Shown here one piece after another: positions 1-6,486 of a stretch of DNA of 56,983 bases (positions within the stretch are counted from its first letter, which is position 1; each line of letters opens with the position of its first letter). This DNA is from an archaeon. Lineage in GTDB: Archaea; EX4484-52; GLR71. The stretch is from the NCBI GenBank assembly GCA_013138805.1, contig WTCA01000030.1:1-56983 (forward strand), in the 5' to 3' direction. A program made the position numbers and the translations under genes. The notes beneath the pieces were generated by a model. That model was not told the DNA's origin and made no database searches. It saw nothing but the letters and a program-made list of their open reading frames with translations.

Positions 1-1530
1 TTATCGATACAGCATATTGAGCATCTTTTCTGTGGCCTCTACTGCGGCGAGAATCTGGTCCGGGTTGACACCTATTGTCTTGAACACTTTTCCGTCCTTT
101 TCCCAGACAATTATTGTCTCCACAAGAGCGTCTGTCTTTCCGCCGGGAGGTATATGCACTTCATAGTCTGCAAGCTTTGGAAGATTTATTCCTATTTCCG
201 GCGCGACTTTCTTTAAAGCGTTCATGAAAGCGTCATATCCGCCGCTGCCTTCGCTTTCTGCGCAGACTTCAGTTCCGTTGTATCTTAATGTGAAGGATGC
301 TTTCTGTATTTTTTTAAGAGACACTGAGACATCAAGATCTGTTATCCTTATCTTCTGTTTTACTTCTGTCTCAAGGACATCTGCTACAATGTATGGCAGG
401 TCTGCATGAGTTATCTTCTTTTTCCTGTCACCAAGCTTTACAATCTTCTTGAATACCTGTCTTTTGTCATCGCCTGAAAGCTCTATGCCTGCCTTTTTAA
501 GGTTCATCTCAAGGCTTGACATGCCGCTCAGCTTTCCCAGCGCATATTCCCGCTCCCTGCCGAACCTTTTCGGGTCAATCTTGTTTGTGTAAAGGTTGCC
601 TTTTTTGTCACCGTCAGCGTGGATGCCTGCCGTCTGGGTGAAGACGTCCTCTCCGACTATCGGCTTGTTTGAAGAGACTTTCTTTCCTGAAAAAGTTGAT
701 ACAAGACTGCTTAAGGTCTTCAGGTATCTTTCGTCTATTTTTGTGTCTGTACTTTTTGAGATATCTCTCAATGCGACAACAGTATCACATATCGGTGCGT
801 TGCCTGCACGCTCGCCTAAAGAATTGACTGTGACATGGATACCTTTCGCTCCTGCTTCTGCGGCCGCGATTGAGTTTGCGACAGCAAGACCGTAGTCGTT
901 GTGCGCATGGAAATCAAAATGTGTTTTTGGATATCTTTTGTTAAGGGCTGAGATGAACTGTTTTACTTCATCGGGAAGAAGAATACCTAATGTATCGGGA
1001 AGCATTATTCTTTTTAGGTTCTTGTTTTTTGTCAGGTTATCTAATAATAGATATACATAACCAGGGCTTTCTTTCATGCCGTTTGACCAGTCTTCAAGAT
1101 ATATGTTTGCAGATATGTCTTTTGAAGCGGCGTTGCTTATTGTGTCTTCTATATTTTTTATGTGCTCTTGCGGGGTCTTTTTCAGCTGGACTTCCAGGTG
1201 CTTCAGGGAGCCTTTGGCCAGGATGTTCATAGTTCTGCACCCAGTCTCGTGTATCCAGTCAACTGAACGGTTATTGTCTACAAATCCCAGGACTTCTATC
1301 CTGTCAATGTATCCATTTTTCTTTGCCCATCTGCATATCTCTTTGACTGAGTCTTTCTCGTTGTCTGAAACTCTTGCTGAGGCTATCTCTATCCTGTCCA
1401 CCTTAAGGTCTTCAAGAAGAATTTTTGCAATCGCAAGCTTTTCTTTCGCGTTGAAGCTGACGCCAGGTGTCTGCTCGCCGTCTCTCAATGTTGTGTCCAT
1501 CACTTCGATTATTTTTTTTTCAGAAGACAT
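1..1530 (-). CDS. cimA: (R)-citramalate synthase / 2-isopropylmalate synthase family (CimA-type, with C-terminal LeuA-dimer regulatory domain)
   Basis: The ORF-track protein has the HMGL-like TIM-barrel motifs (DTTLRDGEQTPGVSF, HFDFHAHNDYGLAVANS, NSLGERAGNAP). It also has C-terminal regulatory-domain motifs (GGYDAFMNAL, DYEVHIPPGGKTDALVETII, ATEKMLN). These resemble, from memory, the Leptospira-type CimA more than classical LeuA. The stop TAA is at 1-3. The track start at 1536 is a TTG; the ATG two codons downstream (1528-1530) is preferred. Confidence 0.85.
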   Translation of the reverse strand: MSSEKKIIEVMDTTLRDGEQTPGVSFNAKEKLAIAKILLEDLKVDRIEIASARVSDNEKDSVKEICRWAKKNGYIDRIEVLGFVDNNRSVDWIHETGCRTMNILAKGSLKHLEVQLKKTPQEHIKNIEDTISNAASKDISANIYLEDWSNGMKESPGYVYLLLDNLTKNKNLKRIMLPDTLGILLPDEVKQFISALNKRYPKTHFDFHAHNDYGLAVANSIAAAEAGAKGIHVTVNSLGERAGNAPICDTVVALRDISKSTDTKIDERYLKTLSSLVSTFSGKKVSSNKPIVGEDVFTQTAGIHADGDKKGNLYTNKIDPKRFGREREYALGKLSGMSSLEMNLKKAGIELSGDDKRQVFKKIVKLGDRKKKITHADLPYIVADVLETEVKQKIRITDLDVSVSLKKIQKASFTLRYNGTEVCAESEGSGGYDAFMNALKKVAPEIGINLPKLADYEVHIPPGGKTDALVETIIVWEKDGKVFKTIGVNPDQILAAVEATEKMLNMLYR

Positions 1531-1561
1531 AGTCAATAGATTATGTATTGGAAAGATATTC

Positions 1562-1569
1562 TTATATAA
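1562..1569. promoter_or_regulatory. Palindromic TATA box (TTATATAA), candidate shared bidirectional promoter for cimA (-) and tRNA-Gly (+)
   Basis: Perfect 8-bp palindrome centred at 1565.5. It is equidistant (29.5 nt) from the cimA TTG at 1536 and the tRNA 5' end at 1595. This spacing fits archaeal TATA-to-TSS distances. No experimental support. Confidence 0.45.
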
Positions 1570-1594
1570 TTTCGGGAGGTATTATGGATACTAT

Positions 1595-1709
1595 ACGGCA
1601 ATGGTCTAGTGGTATGATACGAGCTTCCCAAGCTTGTGCCCCGGGTTCAATTCAAGGAGGCTCCTTTGAGATGCAAAGGAGTCTTCAGGTGAAAATCCCG
1701 GTTGCCGTA
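1595..1709 (+). tRNA. tRNA-Gly(CCC): tRNA-Gly (anticodon CCC) with a ~44-nt intron in the T-loop
   Basis: Hand-folded. Acceptor ACGGCAA (1595-1601) pairs with TTGCCGT (1702-1708); discriminator is A1709. U8 is present and the D-arm is GTCT/AGTGGTA/TGAT. Anticodon stem CGAGC/GCTTG closes loop TTCCCAA. T-stem CCGGG (1641-1645) pairs with CCCGG (1697-1701). The T-loop TTCAA..AT is interrupted by 1651-1694. No encoded CCA. Confidence 0.8.
1651..1694 (+). other. Non-canonical tRNA intron in the T-loop (about position 58/59-59/60) of tRNA-Gly
   Basis: Removing 1651-1694 restores a canonical 7-nt T-loop TTCAAAT. The intron holds a stable hairpin: CTCCTTTG (1661-1668), loop AGATG, CAAAGGAG (1674-1681). 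The exact junction is ambiguous by 1-2 nt because of flanking A residues. The bulge-helix-bulge motif was not verified by hand. Confidence 0.7.
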
Positions 1710-1711
1710 TG

Positions 1712-1723
1712 TTTTCTTTTTTT
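1712..1723 (+). terminator. Oligo-T archaeal terminator after tRNA-Gly
   Basis: TTTTCTTTTTTT begins 3 nt after the tRNA 3' end. Confidence 0.5.
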
Positions 1724-1729
1724 ATAATA

Positions 1730-2089
1730 TCAAGCGCAAGCCAAAGCCGGACTGCTTCTCATCAGTATTGGCATTGATAACACAGGCATTATCTCTTTTG
1801 AAGCGGTTGTCAGATAAAATCTTATGGTTGTCAGAGAATTATCTGTCTTTATGTTTACCTTACAAGCAGTCAGACTTGCCAGAAATAATTTCATGTCTAT
1901 CTTTTCGTCAACAAGCATATCTTTAATCAGTCTTGAAGCATTCAATAACTGTATTGCGACTATCTCTTTTTTAGCATTATAATCAAGGATTATGTTGCCT
2001 ATTTCAACAGACCCTTTGGATCTGGATTTAGGATAATACATAAATAAGTCATCGTTGACTTTATCATAACTAAAATCAAAGTCTTTCAT
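1730..2089 (-). CDS. DUF2283-family protein (putative antitoxin partner of DUF4258)
   Basis: The N-terminal pattern MKDFDFSYDKVNDDLFMYY...GSVEIGNIILDYNAKKEIVAIQLLNAS matches the DUF2283 signature (YD.e.D.ly...ld.d..G.ivgiEilnAS). ATG is at 2087-2089. It overlaps the upstream DUF4258 gene by 14 nt. Confidence 0.65.
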   Translation of the reverse strand: MKDFDFSYDKVNDDLFMYYPKSRSKGSVEIGNIILDYNAKKEIVAIQLLNASRLIKDMLVDEKIDMKLFLASLTACKVNIKTDNSLTTIRFYLTTASKEIMPVLSMPILMRSSPALACA

Positions 2090-2408
2090 ATCGCTTCTCT
2101 ACCTCCCTCTGCCATCTTCTGTTAACCTTAATCACAGTGCAGACGATACAGTGCCGATTTATTGCCAGCACATATCTATGGCATTGCGTTTTGCTGTATC
2201 CGAAATAACAGTCATATTTCTCTTCATATATATTAGAGGACTCTTGTTTTCCTGCATAATACAATCTTTTCGGATTCAATATGTTTTCAATTATTTCGTC
2301 TGTGCTTATTCCTCTGTATTCTGCCTGAACCTTTGCGTGAGCTGTAATTATTATCTCTATTTTATCATACTTTTTGAATTTACCTATAACCTTATCTTTA
2401 TAGTTCAT
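2076..2408 (-). CDS. DUF4258-domain protein (putative toxin of a type II TA pair)
   Basis: ITAHAKVQAEYRGISTDEIIENILNP matches the DUF4258 core (H...R...RgIs..ei..vl). ATG is at 2406-2408. It is translationally coupled to the DUF2283 gene. Confidence 0.6.
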   Translation of the reverse strand: MNYKDKVIGKFKKYDKIEIIITAHAKVQAEYRGISTDEIIENILNPKRLYYAGKQESSNIYEEKYDCYFGYSKTQCHRYVLAINRHCIVCTVIKVNRRWQREVEKRYERL

Positions 2409-2505
2409 GACTTAAATAATTTCAACAGACGGGTTAAAGGTTGTCAAACACTGTAAGGGGTGATATGCCAACAATATTTTATAATTATCATCACAAAAAA
2501 TTGCT

Positions 2506-3129
2506 ATGAGAACTATTAAGATTAATCTTCATAATCCTGAAAAGATATTTCTTGAAATGGCTGCCGATATAATCAAGGACGGAGGGGTAGTCATATACCC
2601 CACTGATACTGCATATGGAATCGGGGCAGATATATTGAACAAGAAAGCTGTTGATAAGCTGAATCTTGCGAAAAGCAGACATCCGGAGAAACAATACACT
2701 GCGATTGTGTCTGATGTCAAGATGGCTGAGAAATTCTGTGTTCTTGGTGACTCTGAAAAAAGGCTGATAAAAAAGTTTATGCCGGGGCCTCTGACTCTTG
2801 TTCTGCCTAAGAAGGATATCGTTCCTGATTTTATACAGAAGACTGATTTCGCATTTCGTATACCAGACTGTGAAGTTGCGCGGGAGATATGTTCTATTTC
2901 CGGGGCTGCAATCACTGCCTCAAGTGCCAACATCAGCGGTGAGGAGACGCCTTATTCAGTAGATGAGATAAATCCGATTCTTAAAGAGAATGTTGATTTG
3001 ATCTTAGATGCGGGGAAGCTTGAAAAGAAAAAGACAAGCACTATCTGCAGAGTTGATGAGGGGAAGGTTAGAATATTGCGTGAAGGGGCGATAGCTGAGA
3101 AAGATATTGTTGATGCTGTCGGAGATTGA
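2506..3129 (+). CDS. tsaC: L-threonylcarbamoyladenylate synthase, YrdC-domain only (TsaC/Sua5 family)
   Basis: Motifs VIYPTDTAYGIGAD, FMPGPLTLVL, RIPD and ITASSANISG are typical of the Sua5/YciO/YrdC fold. At 207 aa it lacks the extra Sua5 C-terminal domain. A TATA-like TTTTATAATT lies at 2477-2486. Confidence 0.85.
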   Translation: MRTIKINLHNPEKIFLEMAADIIKDGGVVIYPTDTAYGIGADILNKKAVDKLNLAKSRHPEKQYTAIVSDVKMAEKFCVLGDSEKRLIKKFMPGPLTLVLPKKDIVPDFIQKTDFAFRIPDCEVAREICSISGAAITASSANISGEETPYSVDEINPILKENVDLILDAGKLEKKKTSTICRVDEGKVRILREGAIAEKDIVDAVGD

Positions 3130-3132
3130 ATT

Positions 3133-3345
3133 TTAGTTTAATGCATAAATCCTGTTTCTCATGTCGGCAAAGTTGTGAGATTCTGTTATCAGACCTTTTT
3201 CTTTTAGTATTGACAATGCATACGATAATGTCCTTTTCGGAATGCTTGTGCGCTTAAGAAGCTGAGAATAAGAGATAGGTCCCCTGTCTTTAAGGACTGT
3301 ATATATGGCTCTGCCTGATTTTGGAACGGAGACAAAGTAATTCAC
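3133..3345 (-). CDS. Small winged-helix transcriptional regulator
   Basis: 70 aa. GRAIYTVLKDRGPISYSQLLKRTSIPKRTLSYALSILKEKGLITE is a typical wHTH. The start codon is GTG (3343-3345) and there is no nearby ATG. Confidence 0.55.
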   Translation of the reverse strand: MNYFVSVPKSGRAIYTVLKDRGPISYSQLLKRTSIPKRTLSYALSILKEKGLITESHNFADMRNRIYALN

Positions 3346-3416
3346 CTGTCATCAGATATCACCTGAAATAAGATAGGTCTTTAAGCTTATAAAAGTTGGG
3401 ATTGGGGCAAAAAAGC

Positions 3417-3890
3417 TCAAACATCAACAACAATCCCGTCATCGCAGAAGGTGCGCTCGCAGTAATGGCATCTGACCTTGAGCGGGAATCTTGAGAGGAC
3501 ATCGAAACGGCTCTTTATATCCTCTTTTGCATTTGATATGCAGTCGGGGTTGATGCATCTTAATGTGGATACAAGCCTGTCTGATATGGATACTTCATGT
3601 TTTGAGATGAGGATGTAGTCTTTTATTATGCTTATGTTTGAACCGGGCGCAATTATAGCAATCTTACCCTCAAGGATCTTGCTTTCAAGATAAAAATCTT
3701 CAATCTTCAGCAGGTCTTTCTTGCCAAGCTTTCGGCTTTTGACGCACATGATGGCAGCAATTTTCCTGTCCTTGTCTTTAAGAAGACCCAAGGCATTGAG
3801 AATATCAAGAGACTTGCCTGCAGGTATGTGGTCTATGACTGTACCATCCTTCAGCTTTGTTATGACAAGCTCTTCTTTTTCTGAAACCAT
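3417..3890 (-). CDS. pyrI: Aspartate carbamoyltransferase regulatory subunit
   Basis: Has the allosteric-domain motif KLKDGTVIDHIPAG and a C-terminal zinc domain (CINPDCISN...RCHYCE). It lies immediately downstream of pyrB with a 12-nt gap. Confidence 0.9.
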   Translation of the reverse strand: MVSEKEELVITKLKDGTVIDHIPAGKSLDILNALGLLKDKDRKIAAIMCVKSRKLGKKDLLKIEDFYLESKILEGKIAIIAPGSNISIIKDYILISKHEVSISDRLVSTLRCINPDCISNAKEDIKSRFDVLSRFPLKVRCHYCERTFCDDGIVVDV

Positions 3891-3902
3891 AATTTATCAA
3901 CC

Positions 3903-4844
3903 TTAAACATCGTATCCCAGCAGGAGCAATATCAGCGCCATCCTGACAGGGACGCCGTTTCCTGCCTGAGGGAAATACACGGCGTTTTCCATTGTGTCCA
4001 CATCTGTGGATATCTCATCTACTCTGGGCAGAGGGTGCATGACTATAGTATTTTTTGCCGCGCCTTCCATAAGCTTTGCGTCAATGACATAGGCACTTTT
4101 CAGCCTGTGATATTCCTGCGGATCAGGAAACCTCTCCTTCTGTATTCTTGTGACATATATGACATCGCTTTTGAGCACTTCGTCGGATATGTCCCTGGTC
4201 TCGACTATATCTATATTCTGTTTTTTTGATATCTCATCCACAAGATATTTTGGCATCTTCAGCTCTTCCGGAGAGACGAAGATAAGCCTGATGTTGTCAA
4301 AAAGGGATAAGGCGTATGCGAGGCTGTGGACTGTACGGCCGTATTTCAGGTCGCCGACCATAGCTATTGTCAGTCCTGATATCTTTCCTTTTCTCTTTGC
4401 AATCGTGTACAGGTCAAGAAGTGTCTGGGTCGGGTGCTGGTTGGCGCCGTCGCCGCCGTTTATCACAGGTATCCCTGCGACTTCAGAGACATATCTTGCG
4501 CTGCCTTCCAGAGGATGCCTCATCACTATCATGTCTGCGTACTGGGCGACTGTGAGAGCTGTGTCTTTCAGAGTCTCGCCTTTCTTGACAGATGTGCCTT
4601 CAGTTCCTGAGAATCCGATGACTTTTGCGCCGAGCATCTGCATAGCTGTCTCAAAGGATAATCTTGTTCGGGTGCTGGGCTCAAAGAAAAGTGATGCTAT
4701 GACCTTGCCTTTTGCTATATTGAGGGTTTTGGACGGGCTTTGGGATGTAAGGGATTCTATCTTCTGTGCAGTACCAAGAATATTTGTTATGTCATCAACA
4801 GAAAGGTCGCGGATTGAGATTATGCTTCTTCCTTTGAAATTCAT
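3903..4844 (-). CDS. pyrB: Aspartate carbamoyltransferase catalytic subunit
   Basis: Motifs FFEPSTRTRLSFE, HPTQ and HPLPRV are present. The track ORF runs to 4955, but that extension overlaps tRNA-Arg. The ATG at 4842-4844 (MNFKGRSIISIRDLS) gives a normal 313-aa PyrB. Confidence 0.9.
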   Translation of the reverse strand: MNFKGRSIISIRDLSVDDITNILGTAQKIESLTSQSPSKTLNIAKGKVIASLFFEPSTRTRLSFETAMQMLGAKVIGFSGTEGTSVKKGETLKDTALTVAQYADMIVMRHPLEGSARYVSEVAGIPVINGGDGANQHPTQTLLDLYTIAKRKGKISGLTIAMVGDLKYGRTVHSLAYALSLFDNIRLIFVSPEELKMPKYLVDEISKKQNIDIVETRDISDEVLKSDVIYVTRIQKERFPDPQEYHRLKSAYVIDAKLMEGAAKNTIVMHPLPRVDEISTDVDTMENAVYFPQAGNGVPVRMALILLLLGYDV

Positions 4845-4903
4845 ATGTAGGATAGGGATGTGAAAGTTTAAAAATTTATCACTGATTATTAAAAAAAATA
4901 AAA

Positions 4904-5018
4904 TGCCCCCGACGCGATTTTCTTTTGCAGACATCATCAAAATGATGAATAGCATAATTTGAACGCGCGACTCCTTGCTTAGGAGGCAAGTGCTCTATCC
5001 AAACTGAGCTACGAAGGC
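4904..5018 (-). tRNA. tRNA-Arg(CCU): tRNA-Arg (anticodon CCT) with a 40-nt intron in the T-loop
   Basis: Hand-folded on the minus strand. Acceptor GCCTTCG pairs with CGGGGGC (two G.U pairs); discriminator is A. D-arm is GCTC/AGTTTGGATA/GAGC. Anticodon stem CTTGC/GCAAG closes loop CTCCTAA. Variable loop is GAGTC. T-stem is GCGCG/CGCGT. The T-loop TTCAA..AT is interrupted by 4919-4958. Confidence 0.8.
4919..4958 (-). other. Non-canonical T-loop intron of tRNA-Arg
   Basis: Excision restores the T-loop TTCAAAT. The intron contains the hairpin TCATCA-TTT-TGATGA. It sits at the same position as the intron in tRNA-Gly. Confidence 0.7.
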
Positions 5019-5106
5019 ACTAAAAACATTAAGAATAGTCTGCAAACCTTTAAAAAAGAATAACATGAGATTTTGAAAAAAAGAATTAAAAAAGAAGCAA
5101 AAGATT

Positions 5107-5370
5107 TTACTCTTTTGCCTTGATAACATTCTCAAATGCTTTCATCACAGCATCGATTATTTCTTTTTCATCCGGTATTGCGATTGAGCTTCTGAATTTC
5201 TTTCTCTTTTCCCCATCCATCTCAGAAAAAAAACCTCTAGAGATTGATAGAAAAACATTTTCTCCATCCTCTGTGATCGCTTTCTTCTTTGCGATCTCCA
5301 AGAAATTGTTCTTGCCGAACTGTATCTCTTCAGCCTTGATTGTTTCGAAACTTACATTTTCTTCAGCCAT
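5107..5370 (-). CDS. PC4-like (transcriptional coactivator p15 / ssDNA-binding fold) small protein, paralog 1
   Basis: FGKNNFLEIAKKK...FLSISRGFFSEMDGEKRKKFRSSIAIPDEKEIIDAV aligns by eye with the PC4 C-terminal domain (GK.ryv.v...lidIReyw.d.eGe.kpg.kGIsL). ATG is at 5368-5370. Confidence 0.5.
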   Translation of the reverse strand: MAEENVSFETIKAEEIQFGKNNFLEIAKKKAITEDGENVFLSISRGFFSEMDGEKRKKFRSSIAIPDEKEIIDAVMKAFENVIKAKE

Positions 5371-5481
5371 CTGTTTTCACCTTACTATCTAAGCCCTTAA
5401 AGGGCAATCTATATGCTAGATTATTATTCTTATAACATCTTTATAAATATTATTGATGAGAAGGAGAAAATCTTTGAAGAT

Positions 5482-5503
5482 AAAAAAAAAGAAAAAGAAA
5501 AAA
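5482..5503 (-). terminator. Oligo-T terminator after PC4-like paralog 2
   Basis: On the minus strand, T6, T5 and T9 runs follow directly after the TAA at 5508-5510. Confidence 0.5.
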
Positions 5504-5507
5504 GGAC

Positions 5508-5741
5508 TTATTCGACAAAGCTGTCAAGGATATCGACAACAGCTTTTAGTGTCTTGCCGTCTTCAGGTATCGATATCGCTTTTGTGAACTTCTTGTCCGT
5601 GCCGTCCTTGTAGTAGCCGCGGGTTATTGAGATGAATGGCTTCTCGCCCTCGTCCGTTACCGCCTTTTTGGAGGCTATCTCGAAGAAATTGTTCTCTCCG
5701 AATTTTACCTCTTTTTCCTTCAATGTTACAAATTCTACCAT
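5508..5741 (-). CDS. PC4-like small protein, paralog 2
   Basis: Clearly paralogous to 5107-5370 (FGENNFFEIASKKAVTDEGEKPFISITRGYYKDGTDKKFTKAISIPEDGK). The track start at 5750 is a GTG; the ATG at 5739-5741 is preferred. Confidence 0.5.
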   Translation of the reverse strand: MVEFVTLKEKEVKFGENNFFEIASKKAVTDEGEKPFISITRGYYKDGTDKKFTKAISIPEDGKTLKAVVDILDSFVE

Positions 5742-5853
5742 AGTATTCACCGTTTTTAAGGTAGAATCATTTCTCTTTCGAAGTAGGATATAAGTTTGTG
5801 ACCACGAGAGTGAGTGAATATCTTATAGAATATTAACACATACAAAAAAAAAT

Positions 5854-6387
5854 CTAAGTAAATTCTCTTTTTAGTATCTTATGCGCATTATTTAACTGCT
5901 TGAATCTTTCAGTGTCGCCTGTAGGCATATCAGGATGCATTTCTCGTGCCATATTTTTGTATTTTTTATCAATGACAGACCAGTCTGTTTCATCATGGTC
6001 CACCCCGAAAAAATCCCGTGCTTCTTTTCGTTTATCATCAACATCGTCAGATTCTTTAAAAGCTGCAAAAAAATCATCAAGTGTCTTTTTTTCTGAAAGA
6101 ACCATGTTGACTTCTGCTTCAATTACTTTGTACAGGACATACATATTATCCACAAATTTTCTTTGCTGATTATGACTATAATACAATCTATGCCCTGCCA
6201 TATACCATGTTACAGATGCTTTAGCTTTTTTTATCGCTATGCTTTCAAGAGGTATCTCGATGTCATATCCATCAACACCAATACGCTTTAGAAGTGCAAT
6301 TATATTGTTATTGAATTGCAATGCTTTTCGATTAAAAGCGACCTTAGTAATCATAACATTTATTTCATGCCCTTTAATATTTACCAT
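5854..6387 (-). CDS. J-domain (DnaJ-like) protein with an uncharacterised N-terminal domain
   Basis: The C-terminal IDKKYKNMAREMHPDMPTGDTERFKQLNNAHKILKRE carries the HPD tripeptide and J-domain helices II/III. The ATG at 6385-6387 is preferred over the upstream GTG. Confidence 0.7.
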   Translation of the reverse strand: MVNIKGHEINVMITKVAFNRKALQFNNNIIALLKRIGVDGYDIEIPLESIAIKKAKASVTWYMAGHRLYYSHNQQRKFVDNMYVLYKVIEAEVNMVLSEKKTLDDFFAAFKESDDVDDKRKEARDFFGVDHDETDWSVIDKKYKNMAREMHPDMPTGDTERFKQLNNAHKILKREFT

Positions 6388-6486
6388 CAGAATCACATAT
6401 TTTTGTTCTTGAAGACTTTATTTATGTCAGATTACATTATAAAAGAATATGTTTGTCTTGAGTGAAAGCTTATATTATTCAACCTC

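Noticed and set aside
4845-4955. 37-codon N-terminal extension of the pyrB ORF (MLFIILMMSAKENRVGG...)
   Set aside because: It overlaps the tRNA-Arg gene (4904-5018) on the same strand. A canonical PyrB N-terminus starts at the ATG at 4842-4844, with a TATA-like element about 25 nt upstream.
4919-4958. UGAUGA (C-box-like) sequence in the tRNA-Arg intron, suggesting an intron-encoded C/D box sRNA
   Set aside because: The intron is only 40 nt and has no matching D box (CUGA) at the right spacing. The UGAUGA forms one arm of a simple hairpin.
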